Shown: positions 16,620 to 25,860 of the stretch, piece after piece | Layout of the letters: each line of letters starts with the position of its first letter | Position numbering within the stretch: the stretch's first letter is position 1 | Assembly (NCBI GenBank): GCA_964631265.1 | Contig: CAZVWW010000002.1 | Span: 1 to 62,498 of the forward strand | Source: an uncultured Thermotogaceae bacterium | GTDB lineage: Bacteria > Thermotogota > Thermotogae > MWEM01 | Direction: 5' to 3' | Length of the DNA stretch: 62,498 nt | Position numbers and translations under genes: made by a program | The notes under the pieces: generated by a model | Seen by the model: only the letters and a program-made list of their open reading frames with translations | Database searches by the model: none | What the model was told of the DNA's origin: nothing

Positions 16620-17606
16620 ATGCCGGAAAATGTATTAGAGATTAAAGACCTGAAGGCCTATTACAAGATCCTCAAGGGCGATGTGAAGGCCCTCGACGGG
16701 GTCACGTTCAATCTAAGGAGAGGCGAGATACTGGGAATCGCCGGTGAATCCGGCTGCGGTAAGAGCACGCTGGCAAACTCACTGATTCTGAGGAAACCGC
16801 CTCTCAAGTATGTCTCGGGAGAGGCCAATCTCCTGGGTAAGAATGTTATGACGATGGAAGAGAAGGAATTTAAGCGGTACCGTATGAATCATATATCGAT
16901 CATCCCGCAATATGCGCTCGATGCCTTCAGTCCCACCAAGAAGGTCAAAACATTTATCAGCGACCTGGTCAGTACACATGGGATCAAAGCCAACAGAAAG
17001 TTCTTTAAAAAGGTGAAAGAGAGACTGGACATGATCAACCTGGAACACTCGGCTTTAAACCGGTACTCGATTGAGCTATCCGGCGGAATGAAACAGAGGA
17101 TGATCATGATCATCTCCACATTACTCGATCCCGATTTTGTTATAGCGGACGAGATCACCTCGGCACTCGATGTGAGCTCACAGCGATTTGTGGCCAATAT
17201 GCTGGCCAAACTGAGAGATGAGGAGATTATCGGGTCGTCCATCTTTATCACCCATGATATCTCCATTCTCTATCAGATCGCAGAACGTATCATGATCATG
17301 TATGCCGGACACTTTGCCGAGATTGGTCCCACGGACGAGATCGTCGACAATCCGAGACATCCGTACACGAAGGCCCTGATTCATTCACTGCCCAAGGTGG
17401 GCATTCAATACAAGGATAAGCGTTTGAAGGGGATCAAAGGCACACCGCCGCATCTGTTGAACATCGGTGAGGGCTGCCGTTTCAGATACAGATGTCCGTA
17501 TAAGACCGAAAAATGTGAAGAGACACCCGTCAGAGAAAAAGTGGGCGACAATCATTATGTCGCATGCTGGAATTGGAAAGCGTTGGGAAGTGAGACAAAT
17601 GGCTGA
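16620..17606 (+). CDS. ABC transporter ATP-binding protein (DppD/OppD type)
   Basis: Walker A GESGCGKST, signature LSGGMKQR, Walker B FVIADE. C-terminal Cys-rich oligopeptide-type extension CRFRYRCPYKTEKC. Confidence 0.92.
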   Translation: MPENVLEIKDLKAYYKILKGDVKALDGVTFNLRRGEILGIAGESGCGKSTLANSLILRKPPLKYVSGEANLLGKNVMTMEEKEFKRYRMNHISIIPQYALDAFSPTKKVKTFISDLVSTHGIKANRKFFKKVKERLDMINLEHSALNRYSIELSGGMKQRMIMIISTLLDPDFVIADEITSALDVSSQRFVANMLAKLRDEEIIGSSIFITHDISILYQIAERIMIMYAGHFAEIGPTDEIVDNPRHPYTKALIHSLPKVGIQYKDKRLKGIKGTPPHLLNIGEGCRFRYRCPYKTEKCEETPVREKVGDNHYVACWNWKALGSETNG

Positions 17607-18546
17607 TTATAAAGATGACAACAGAAAATACGAAAACAGAGACAGTATCATGTCGGTGCAGGATCTGACCAAGCAGTTTACCTCCGGGATCATCAACAGC
17701 GAAACCGTTACAGCGGTCAAGGATGTCTCTTTCGAGATGAAGAAGGGCACCATCCTCTCACTGATCGGCGAAAGCGGAAGCGGTAAGACGACAATCGGCA
17801 GAATCATTTTGAAGCTTCTCCAACCCACATCGGGCAAGCTCTTTTACCGGGGAAAAGACATCACGAATATTGACAAGTCCGAAGAGAAGAAAGAGTATTA
17901 CAGAAAAGTCCAGGCCATCTTTCAAGACCCCTTTTCATCCTTTAACCCGCTTTTCAGAATCGACCGGATATTCGATCTGCTCTTCAAATCGTTTATGAAG
18001 GGTGAGAAGAACCGTCAGCAGAAGATCAACCGGGCGCTTGAAAGTGTCAATCTCAACCCCGACCGGATCATGCATAAATTTCCGCATCAGTTAAGCGGCG
18101 GACAGTTGCAGAGGCTGCTCATTGCCAGGGCGCTTCTGCTCGATGTGGATATTCTGGTGGCGGATGAGTTGATCAGTATGCTCGATGCCTCAACAAGGCT
18201 CGGGGTCCTCAATCTCCTCATCGAGATCTGTAAACGGGAAGGGATGACGGTGCTCTTTATCACCCACGATCTCAACCTGGGATACTACATCAGTGACTAT
18301 ACGCTGATCATGTACAAGGGACGGCTTGTCGAGCGCGGGGACACAAAGAAGATCTATGAGAATCCCGTGCATCCCTATACGCAGATGCTCTTTGAGTCAG
18401 TCCCGGATATCGGCGAAAGATGGGACAAGGACGAGGAGTTTTTACCCGAACAGGTCATCTATGACGTTAAGGAATTCTATAAAAAGAACAAAGGAAAAGG
18501 TTTTCAAACTGTTGAGGAGTCACACGAAGTACTCTTCAGCAATTAA
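17599..18546 (+). CDS. ABC transporter ATP-binding protein (DppF/OppF type)
   Basis: ATG at 17599 (MADYKDD) overlaps the upstream stop by 8 nt. Walker A GESGSGKTT, signature LSGGQLQR, Walker B ILVADE. The ORF-track start at 17467 is rejected. Confidence 0.92.
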   Translation: MADYKDDNRKYENRDSIMSVQDLTKQFTSGIINSETVTAVKDVSFEMKKGTILSLIGESGSGKTTIGRIILKLLQPTSGKLFYRGKDITNIDKSEEKKEYYRKVQAIFQDPFSSFNPLFRIDRIFDLLFKSFMKGEKNRQQKINRALESVNLNPDRIMHKFPHQLSGGQLQRLLIARALLLDVDILVADELISMLDASTRLGVLNLLIEICKREGMTVLFITHDLNLGYYISDYTLIMYKGRLVERGDTKKIYENPVHPYTQMLFESVPDIGERWDKDEEFLPEQVIYDVKEFYKKNKGKGFQTVEESHEVLFSN

Positions 18547-18567
18547 AGGAACTGGAGGATGATTTGA

Positions 18568-19587
18568 GTGCCGACTTTAAGAGAGATATCAAAGAAAACG
18601 GGGATCTCCATCGCCACCTTTTCGAGGGTTCTGAACGGGAGCGAGAGTGTTTCGGGCGACATGAAAAAGAAGGTCTTGAACGCCCTGAAAAAATACAACT
18701 ACCACAGAACCACCATGGTCGGCAAACGGATCAAGAAACTTGTCGGGATAGTGGTCCCCGATCTCCGGGGGTATCATTATCCCGAATTAACCATCGGTAT
18801 CGAAGAGGCTCTGCTCAAGAACAACTACGAGTTCTTCCTTGCCAACACCAAACAGCAGCTCTCGAAGGAGATCGACATTATCTCCGAACTCTTTGAGCGG
18901 AAAGCGGACGGCATTGTTCTGTGCACATCGGAAAAAGACGATGCCCAGATCAAGCACCTGCTCGATTCAGCCATCCCGGTTGTCGGGGTGGATCGAAAGG
19001 ACAGCGAGATCAAGATTGACAGTGTCAGCATTGATAATTACAACAGCACCAAATTCGCGGCAAAATACCTCTATGACAACGGTCACCGGGACATCCTCTT
19101 CCTCGAGGGGGATCCATTTGTCTATTCCGCCATTCTCCGAAAAAAGGCGTTTGTCGACTTTCAAAAGGAGCATGATGACATGACACTCATGTTTGAACCC
19201 GGGGACTTCGAACCGGAAACGGGATATGCCGGTGTGAAAAATGCGCTCGAAAAGAGCCGGCAGTTCTCCGCGATATTCTTTGTTGATGACTGGATGGCCT
19301 ATGGGGGGATGCGGGCCCTGTACGAGGCCGGATTAAAGATCCCCCGCGATGTCTCTGTTATCGCCTTCGACGACGCCCCCCTGAGCCGTTATATGATCCC
19401 GGGTCTGACAACCGTGAAACAGCCGAGATTTGAGATGGGCTACACGGCGGGACAGTTGATAGTGAACCGGATCTCCGGTAATGAAAAGAGCAAGGTCAAA
19501 CGCAAGATTCTCCTCAACACAGAACTGATCATCCGTGAAAGTGTGAAACGAATCGGGGTTCTCAAGGATAAAGCGTTCTCACAATAA
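18568..19587 (+). CDS. LacI-family transcriptional regulator
   Basis: GTG start. N-terminal HTH TLREISKKTGISIATFSRVLNG followed by a periplasmic-binding-fold sugar-sensor domain. Confidence 0.9.
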   Translation: MPTLREISKKTGISIATFSRVLNGSESVSGDMKKKVLNALKKYNYHRTTMVGKRIKKLVGIVVPDLRGYHYPELTIGIEEALLKNNYEFFLANTKQQLSKEIDIISELFERKADGIVLCTSEKDDAQIKHLLDSAIPVVGVDRKDSEIKIDSVSIDNYNSTKFAAKYLYDNGHRDILFLEGDPFVYSAILRKKAFVDFQKEHDDMTLMFEPGDFEPETGYAGVKNALEKSRQFSAIFFVDDWMAYGGMRALYEAGLKIPRDVSVIAFDDAPLSRYMIPGLTTVKQPRFEMGYTAGQLIVNRISGNEKSKVKRKILLNTELIIRESVKRIGVLKDKAFSQ

Positions 19588-20170
19588 CATCGAGGGCCGA
19601 TTCCAGGGTAGCCATGGACAGGCTCGCCCTGCCCGGTTTTGTTAATACCTGTTCATGGGTATAGGGGATGTGAACGAAACCGCATCGTTTGAGATGTTCC
19701 CTTTTCCTGGCAGCATGCATGGCGGCGTAAAATAAAACGTTACAAACATAGGTACCGGCCGTATAAGAAAGTTTGGCCGGTATCTTTTCTTTTCTGAGGG
19801 CCCGGACCATCTCCCGGGTCGGCAGGGTGGAAAAATAAGCCGTTTCGCCCTCTTTAACAACAGGCCGGTCAACGGGCTGGTCCCCGTTGTTGTCTTTGAT
19901 CCTGGCATCTATCATGTTGAGGGCCACTCTCTCAACGGCAATATGCGAGAGGCCCGCATTCAGACCCAGGCTCAGAACGGTGTCCGGCTTGAAGGCATCG
20001 AGCGCCTCAACTAACTGCTTCCCCGCTTCTTTCACAGTGACCGGCAGGATCACTTTTTTGATGTTGATCTGTTCATATCGCTCTTCGGAAAGATTATTCA
20101 CAAGGATCTCAGAGGGGTTTTCAGTATCTCCTCCAAAGGGTTCGAATCCGGTTATTAATAGTTTATACAT
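19562..20170 (-). CDS. pcp: Pyrrolidone-carboxylate peptidase (pyroglutamyl peptidase I)
   Basis: MYKLLITGFEPFGG N-terminus, catalytic context GTYVCN and FVHIPY. ATG at 20170 has RBS AGGTGGTG. The 3' end overlaps lacI by 26 nt (convergent). Confidence 0.9.
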   Translation of the reverse strand: MYKLLITGFEPFGGDTENPSEILVNNLSEERYEQINIKKVILPVTVKEAGKQLVEALDAFKPDTVLSLGLNAGLSHIAVERVALNMIDARIKDNNGDQPVDRPVVKEGETAYFSTLPTREMVRALRKEKIPAKLSYTAGTYVCNVLFYAAMHAARKREHLKRCGFVHIPYTHEQVLTKPGRASLSMATLESALDVIVRTLYP

Positions 20171-20191
20171 TTGGGCACCACCTAAAAAAAA

Positions 20192-20217
20192 GAGATCAAT
20201 CTGCCTCACAGATCAAT
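20192..20217. repeat. Direct repeat AGATCAATC-N8-AGATCAATC in the pcp leader
   Basis: Exact 9-mers at 20192-20200 and 20209-20217. They lie between the candidate pcp -10 element (20246-20254) and the pcp start (20170). Confidence 0.6.
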
Positions 20218-20245
20218 CCCTTTTGTATGATTACAAGCCAATACT

Positions 20246-20254
20246 ATTATACCA
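20246..20254 (-). promoter_or_regulatory. Candidate extended -10 promoter (TGGTATAAT) for pcp
   Basis: The reverse complement of 20246-20254 reads TGGTATAAT, ~75 nt upstream of the pcp ATG. Confidence 0.45.
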
Positions 20255-20372
20255 AAAAAGGTTGGATTTACCAAATATAGAGTATTTTCATTTCTAAAAG
20301 CTCAAAACCCCCGCTTGCGAATGAAGCACCCACAGAATAACGTCTTCTTATGTATGAAAGGAGATGAAAAGA

Positions 20373-20744
20373 ATGAATAAGGAAATGCTGAGTAAAAAGA
20401 AATGGGCCGTCATCGGAGCATCCGATAAAAAGGAGAGTTTCGGTTATCGGATCTTCAAGATATTACAGGATAACGGATACGAGGTGTATCCGGTCAATCC
20501 CAGATTGGACGAAATTGACGGAGTCCCAGTCTATGATGATGTGATGAAGCTTCCCGAGGTACCCGATGTTGCCGATTTTGTTGTCAATCCCTCGATCGGG
20601 GAAAAGATCTTGTCAAGATGCGCTGAAAAGGGTATCCAAAATATATGGCTTCAACCCGGGGCCAGAAGTCCGGAACTTGATCAAATCGCCGGGGAGAAGG
20701 GGCTGAACGTCGTTAAATCATGTGTCCTGCAGGAACTGAGCTGA
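20373..20744 (+). CDS. CoA-binding domain protein (YccU/YneT-like)
   Basis: KKWAVIGASDKKESFGYRIFKILQDNGYEVYPVNP is typical of the small CoA-binding family. ATG at 20373 is preferred (9 nt after GGAG), and 20364 is also possible. Confidence 0.8.
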   Translation: MNKEMLSKKKWAVIGASDKKESFGYRIFKILQDNGYEVYPVNPRLDEIDGVPVYDDVMKLPEVPDVADFVVNPSIGEKILSRCAEKGIQNIWLQPGARSPELDQIAGEKGLNVVKSCVLQELS

Positions 20745-21248
20745 GAACTTCCGGTTGAGGAAGATAAGGATAAACCGTTCATAGAAGAAGAAGGTGACGA
20801 GGGTCATCAATCCCGCGAAGAGAAACCAGTATTGTTTGAAGAAGTCATCGACGAGGCTTCCTTCGGCTGAGATCAGGCGAACGGAGACAAATTCACCGAG
20901 CAGATTGTAGGCAAAGAGACAGGGGATGATTACGATGAGCCGGCACTTCTCGATCAGATGATAGTAGATGGCGATAACGGCCCCAAGGAAATAGAACATG
21001 AAGAGGAGGCTTCCGATGAGATCGTTGAAGAGGAAGATCAGAAGCAGGGAGCAGAGGGAGGTTTCGAAGAGCCATCTTTTCCCGAAGAAAAAAGCCCCCG
21101 CTATCAAGGGCAGGGGGGCTGTTAATGATATCATGGTGCCCACCACCGGCACAAATCTCTGGAAGGTGTAGAGTAAAAAACACAAGGCTACACAAACTCC
21201 GGCGGTGGATATAAACTTCGAACCTCGATTATCGATAGTAGAGTCCAT
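20718..21248 (-). CDS. Integral membrane protein of unknown function
   Basis: 176 aa with about five hydrophobic segments. Its start overlaps the pduL stop (TAATG). Its 3' end overlaps the convergent CoA-binding gene by 27 nt. Confidence 0.6.
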   Translation of the reverse strand: MDSTIDNRGSKFISTAGVCVALCFLLYTFQRFVPVVGTMISLTAPLPLIAGAFFFGKRWLFETSLCSLLLIFLFNDLIGSLLFMFYFLGAVIAIYYHLIEKCRLIVIIPCLFAYNLLGEFVSVRLISAEGSLVDDFFKQYWFLFAGLMTLVTFFFYERFILIFLNRKFSAQFLQDT

Positions 21249-21838
21249 TACAGCTCAGAACAGATCCTCACTTCATCACCGGACTTGAGGAAAACGGCGT
21301 TTGCCTCGTCTGTGTCCACATGGAATTCGAGGGCGTATTTTGGACTCACCCTGATGAGAACATCCTGAAAGATGGCCTTCCTTGCCTCTGTATCACAGAA
21401 CACCGAAACAAGGTCCTTATCCTTGACACCAAAACGCTCCGCGTCCTCGGGTGTCATGTGGATGTGCCGTTTGGCGATGATAAGTCCCTTTTCAAGCTCG
21501 ACCTCGCCCTCAGGGCCGGTCAGTTTGACACCGGGGGTGTTGTCGATATCACCGGAATCTCTCACCGGGGGGATAACGCCGAGTTTGAAGGCATCGGTCA
21601 GGCTCACTTCAACCTGTGTCTGCCCTCTGACAGGTCCTAAAACGCGAACGGCGGGAAATTCCCCTTTGGGTCCTGTGACTTTGACCTTCTCTTCACTGGC
21701 ATACTGGCCGGGCTGCCCCAGATCCTTCACCGGGGTCAGTTGAGCGTCGGCGCCGAAGAGTCTTTCAAGATGCTCCTGAGACAGATGCAGATGCCTTGCT
21801 GAAACACCTGCGATGATGGTTCCTTCTTTCAATTTCAT
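21248..21838 (-). CDS. pduL: PduL-type phosphotransacylase (phosphate propanoyl/acetyltransferase)
   Basis: Two PduL repeats with GVSARHLHLSQEHLERLFG and RHIHMTPEDAERFG motifs. 196 aa. Confidence 0.85.
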   Translation of the reverse strand: MKLKEGTIIAGVSARHLHLSQEHLERLFGADAQLTPVKDLGQPGQYASEEKVKVTGPKGEFPAVRVLGPVRGQTQVEVSLTDAFKLGVIPPVRDSGDIDNTPGVKLTGPEGEVELEKGLIIAKRHIHMTPEDAERFGVKDKDLVSVFCDTEARKAIFQDVLIRVSPKYALEFHVDTDEANAVFLKSGDEVRICSEL

Positions 21839-22002
21839 CTATATATCCTCCTTGTTTTGATATGATACGCTGTGCATTGATCTTATAAAAAAGCTTCATT
21901 TCCCTTTTGAGTTTTTTCCTGACCCCGGCCCCTTTATAACTGCTAAATCATCGAAAGGGCAGAAGTATAACGTTAAAACTATCGAAACTTTACATATAAC
22001 CC

Positions 22003-22449
22003 CTAATCCTCATTCGCCTGGTTTTCCGATACGTTTTGAACGACTATCCTCAGGACCTGACGGAATTCATCCACGAGATAGGGATCGATGTCTGAGAACA
22101 TGTCCTCGACGAACTTGATCCGCCGGTCGATGACCTCCTGAATAACCCCTTCCCCCTTTTCGGTGATCTTGAGCAGCCGGACCCTTTTATCCTCTGAGGA
22201 GACCGTGTACTTGACGAGCTCCTCTTGTCTTAATTTGTTGACGAGGCCCGTTACCGTACTCTTGGCAACCCCGAGTCTCTTACTGAGACAGGTCATTGTC
22301 ATGTGTTCCTGCCAGAAGACACTCTGGAGGACATCGAACTGAGCAGGAGTGATCTCATTCTCCCCCTCTTTCAAGACCTTTCGACCCTCGGATTTTATCC
22401 AGGTTGCCACCTTTCTTAGCAGTTTCTCTAATTCCCCGTATTTTCGCAA
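22003..22449 (-). CDS. MarR-family transcriptional regulator
   Basis: Winged-HTH core MTMTCLSKRLGVAKSTVTGLVNKLRQEELV...DKRVRLLKITEKG. TTG start 5 nt after the rsmI stop. Confidence 0.85.
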   Translation of the reverse strand: MRKYGELEKLLRKVATWIKSEGRKVLKEGENEITPAQFDVLQSVFWQEHMTMTCLSKRLGVAKSTVTGLVNKLRQEELVKYTVSSEDKRVRLLKITEKGEGVIQEVIDRRIKFVEDMFSDIDPYLVDEFRQVLRIVVQNVSENQANED

Positions 22450-22454
22450 ATGAC

Positions 22455-23123
22455 TCAGCTCCCTTTGATAATGACTGTGATTTCTCCTTTGACTTCCCCG
22501 TTAAAATGAGCAATGGCATCGGATACACTTCCTCTGAAAAACTCCTGATGCATCTTGGTCATCTCACGTGCAATGAAGACGTCCCTCTCCCCCAATATAG
22601 CCTTGATATCGGTGAGGACCTTTTTCAGTCTGTATGGCGATTCATAAAAGATGATATGCCGGCTCTCCTCGATGTTTTTCCTCAGAAAACGGCGGAACTT
22701 CTTATCTCTCCCGATAAACCCCTCGAAGATGAAAGAACCGGAAAATCCCGAGGCCGCATAGGCAAGGACAAAAGCGCTCGGTCCGGGAATGACATCGACT
22801 TTGATATCATTATTATAACACTCGTTGACGATAAAAGATCCCGGATCCGAAACACACGGCATCCCCGCATCCGAAACGATACAGGCGATCTCTCCCTGCC
22901 GGATTCTCTCGATGATTCCATCTGTCTTCTGGCGTTCCTTCTGCTGGGAGAACGATATCAGTTCCTTTTTTCCAATGGCGTAATGATTCAGCAGTTTGAT
23001 ACTGCGCCTGGTATCCTCGGCGAGGATAAAGTCAGCCTCTTCCAGTGCCTTTTTGGCCCGTTGAGTCATATCCTCGAGGTTGCCCACCGGCGTTCCCGCT
23101 ACGATGAGTTTCCCGGCGTTCAT
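22455..23123 (-). CDS. rsmI: 16S rRNA (cytidine1402-2'-O)-methyltransferase RsmI
   Basis: GKLIVAGTPVGNLEDMTQRA...ILAEDTR is the N-terminus of the tetrapyrrole-methylase-fold RsmI family. ATGA overlap with the valS stop. Confidence 0.9.
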   Translation of the reverse strand: MNAGKLIVAGTPVGNLEDMTQRAKKALEEADFILAEDTRRSIKLLNHYAIGKKELISFSQQKERQKTDGIIERIRQGEIACIVSDAGMPCVSDPGSFIVNECYNNDIKVDVIPGPSAFVLAYAASGFSGSFIFEGFIGRDKKFRRFLRKNIEESRHIIFYESPYRLKKVLTDIKAILGERDVFIAREMTKMHQEFFRGSVSDAIAHFNGEVKGEITVIIKGS

Positions 23124-25750
23124 TCAAAATCTTCCGCGAGTTTTTTGATCCGGTCTCTGTTCTGTATGGCCTTTTGGTGTTTCAGCTTTGTTTCTTCAAT
23201 AACCTCTTCTTTGGCATTTGCCATGAACTTCGAGTTTGAGAGCTTCTTCTCAAAATGCTTGACATCCTTTTCGGCCTTTTTCAGACTCTTTTTCAGACGT
23301 TTTCGCTCTTCTTCCCAGTCGACCATCTCCCCGAGGGTGACGTACAGGTCTTTTGCGGGAGTGACGTAGGCAGTGGCCGTCTTTGGAGGTTTGCTGTCTA
23401 CAATGTCAATCCGGTCAACGTTGGCAAGGGCCTGGAGATAGATCTTCTCCTCGGGAGTGATATCAACGGCTGAATCTTTGTTCATATAGGCAATGTCAAG
23501 CTTTTTGGAAGGTGCCAGGTTCAACTCGGCCCGCACGTTGCGAATCCCCCGTATATGCTCCATCAGCGTCTTGAACTGCTTCTCCTGTTCTTCAAAACCG
23601 TTAAATCGACCGGATTCGGGCCAGGCGGCGATCATTAAAAAGTCACGGTCTTTTTGGCCCGGGAGCATCTGCCAGATCTCTTCTGTGATGAAGGGCATAA
23701 AGGGATGGAGTAATCGGAGACTGACATCCAGGGTATGGAGCAGGACGTTTCGGGTGTTTTGTTGAACGCTTTCCGGATAGTCCTGATAGAGGAACGGTTT
23801 AATCGATTCGATGTACCAGTCGCAGAACTCGTTCCAGAAGAACTCAAAGATTGCCTTTGAGGCGAGGTTATAATCGTATTCCTCGATGCCCTTTGTGACA
23901 TCCCGGATAGTTTTCTCAAGCCGGTTCAGTATCCATTTGTCCGAGAGCGTGAGCTCGTTGATGTCGATCTTCCCCTTTTCAAATCCCTCAAGGTTCATCA
24001 GGGCAAATCGTGTGGCATTCCAGATTTTGTTGGCGAAGTGCTTGTAATTCTGAATACTCTTCACATCGAGGTTGATATCCCGGCCCTGTCCTGCGAAGAT
24101 GGAGAGGGTAAATCTCATGGCATCCGCCCCGTAATCCCCGACGACTTCGATTGGATCGATGCCGTTGCCGAGGGATTTGCTCATCTTCCGTCCCTTTTTA
24201 TCCCTGATGAGCTGGGTGATATAGACATCCTTGAAAGGCTTTTTATCCATAAATTCAAGGCCCATCACGATCATCCGGGCCACCCAGAAGAAGATAATGT
24301 CGAATGCCGTTATCAGGACCGTGGTCGGATAGTATTTTTGAAGGTCTTCGGTCTCCCCGGGCCACCCCAGTGTTGAGAAAGGCCATAAACCGGATGAGAA
24401 CCATGTATCGAGCACGTCGGGATCCTGGCGGAGGTTCCCGGAACCGCATTCTTCACATTTTTCGGGCGTCTCTTCGGCCACATTCACATGACCGCAGTCC
24501 TCGCAGTACCAGACGGGGATCCGGTGCCCCCACCAGAGCTGTCTGGATATACACCAGTCGCGGACCTCGTTCATCCAGTTGAGATAAACCTTCTTCCATC
24601 TCGGCGGATAGAAGGCGATCTCCTCATCATCTACCACTTTGATGGCCTCTTTGGCAAGCGGCTTCATCCGGACAAACCACTGATCCGAAAGTCGTGGATC
24701 GATTGTGGTGTCGCATCGGTAGCAGTGTCCAACTGAGTGCTGATAATCCTCAGTCTTGATGAGAAGCCCGAGCTCCTCCATCTTTTCAACAACGGCCTTT
24801 CTGGCCTCTTTGATCGGCATACCCTTGTACGCACCGGCCTGTTCATTCATGTAGCCGCTCTCATCGACCACCTCAAAGAACTGTAGATCGTGCCGGACGC
24901 CCATCTGATAATCGTTGGGATCATGGGCCGGTGTCACCTTGACCGCGCCGGTGCCAAACTCCCTGTCAACGTACTGGTCCTCGATGACGGGTATCTCCCG
25001 GTTGACAATCGGCAGGACCAGGGTCTTGCCGATCAGATCTTTGTAACGTTCGTCCGCGGGATTCACCGCAACCGCGGAGTCTCCGAGCATCGTTTCGGGA
25101 CGTGTAGTGGCTATGACAACGTATTCGTCGCTGTCTTTCACCGGATATTTGAAATGCCAGAGATTGGATGACTCATCCTTGTGTTCAACCTCTTCATCCG
25201 AGAGGACGGTATGGCATCTTGGACACCAGTTCACAATGTATTTGCCCTTGTATATTAATCCCTTTTCATACAGTTTGACAAAGACCTTTCTGACCGCCTT
25301 GTTCAATCCTTCATCCAGTGTAAACCGATCGCGTGACCAGTCAACTGAGCAGCCCATGTAGCGGATCTGTTCCCTGATGTGCCCTCTGTACTCATCTGCC
25401 CATTTCCAGGTGCGCTCAACAAAGGCCTCCCGCCCGATCTCATCCTTCGAACTGCCTTCCTCACGCAGATTCTTCTCCACAACATTCTGTGTGGCGATGC
25501 CGGCATGATCCTCACCCGGCAACCAGAGTGTGTCAAAGCCCTTCATCCTGTGAAAGCGGGTTGAAATATCCTGCAGTGTCATATTTAAGGCATGTCCCAT
25601 GTGCAGTTTCCCCGTGATGTTGGGAGGCGGTATCACAATAACAAACGGCTTTCCGGTCCCCTTCGGTTTAAAGGCCCCGGCATCCTGCCACTTTTTATAC
25701 CACTTCTGTTCGATTTTATCCGGTTCATAGTGTTTCTCAAGCGTTGCCAT
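23120..25750 (-). CDS. valS: Valine--tRNA ligase
   Basis: Class I motifs PPPNITGKLHMGH and KMSKSLGN, and a C-terminal coiled coil. ATG at 25750 (MATLEKHYEP) has RBS GGAGG. The ORF-track start at 25828 is rejected. Confidence 0.97.
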   Translation of the reverse strand: MATLEKHYEPDKIEQKWYKKWQDAGAFKPKGTGKPFVIVIPPPNITGKLHMGHALNMTLQDISTRFHRMKGFDTLWLPGEDHAGIATQNVVEKNLREEGSSKDEIGREAFVERTWKWADEYRGHIREQIRYMGCSVDWSRDRFTLDEGLNKAVRKVFVKLYEKGLIYKGKYIVNWCPRCHTVLSDEEVEHKDESSNLWHFKYPVKDSDEYVVIATTRPETMLGDSAVAVNPADERYKDLIGKTLVLPIVNREIPVIEDQYVDREFGTGAVKVTPAHDPNDYQMGVRHDLQFFEVVDESGYMNEQAGAYKGMPIKEARKAVVEKMEELGLLIKTEDYQHSVGHCYRCDTTIDPRLSDQWFVRMKPLAKEAIKVVDDEEIAFYPPRWKKVYLNWMNEVRDWCISRQLWWGHRIPVWYCEDCGHVNVAEETPEKCEECGSGNLRQDPDVLDTWFSSGLWPFSTLGWPGETEDLQKYYPTTVLITAFDIIFFWVARMIVMGLEFMDKKPFKDVYITQLIRDKKGRKMSKSLGNGIDPIEVVGDYGADAMRFTLSIFAGQGRDINLDVKSIQNYKHFANKIWNATRFALMNLEGFEKGKIDINELTLSDKWILNRLEKTIRDVTKGIEEYDYNLASKAIFEFFWNEFCDWYIESIKPFLYQDYPESVQQNTRNVLLHTLDVSLRLLHPFMPFITEEIWQMLPGQKDRDFLMIAAWPESGRFNGFEEQEKQFKTLMEHIRGIRNVRAELNLAPSKKLDIAYMNKDSAVDITPEEKIYLQALANVDRIDIVDSKPPKTATAYVTPAKDLYVTLGEMVDWEEERKRLKKSLKKAEKDVKHFEKKLSNSKFMANAKEEVIEETKLKHQKAIQNRDRIKKLAEDFE

Positions 25751-25786
25751 AAAAAACCTCCTCATCAATCCTTGCAATTTTAGCCT

Positions 25787-25795
25787 ATTATAGCA
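25787..25795 (-). promoter_or_regulatory. Candidate extended -10 promoter (TGCTATAAT) for valS
   Basis: The reverse complement of 25787-25795 reads TGCTATAAT, ~37 nt upstream of the valS ATG. Confidence 0.45.
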
Positions 25796-25860
25796 TACGA
25801 GAATACTTCGGGTAAAAACAAACGACACCTATTCCATCTCGCTCGCTTTATGATATAATA

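Noticed and set aside
20138-20151. GGGTTCGAATCCGG, a near-perfect tRNA T-arm/T-loop consensus
   Set aside because: The flanks do not fold into a cloverleaf: the T-stem pairs fail and there is no acceptor or anticodon arm. The sequence encodes the conserved GFEPFGG motif of pyroglutamyl peptidase on the other strand.
22404-23369. 321-aa plus-strand ORF, the longest unassigned ORF in the track
   Set aside because: It lies fully antisense to rsmI and the valS 3' end, both of which have strong family motifs. Its translation is low-complexity (Ser/Phe/Leu/Arg-rich) with no recognisable domain or RBS. This is a typical shadow ORF.
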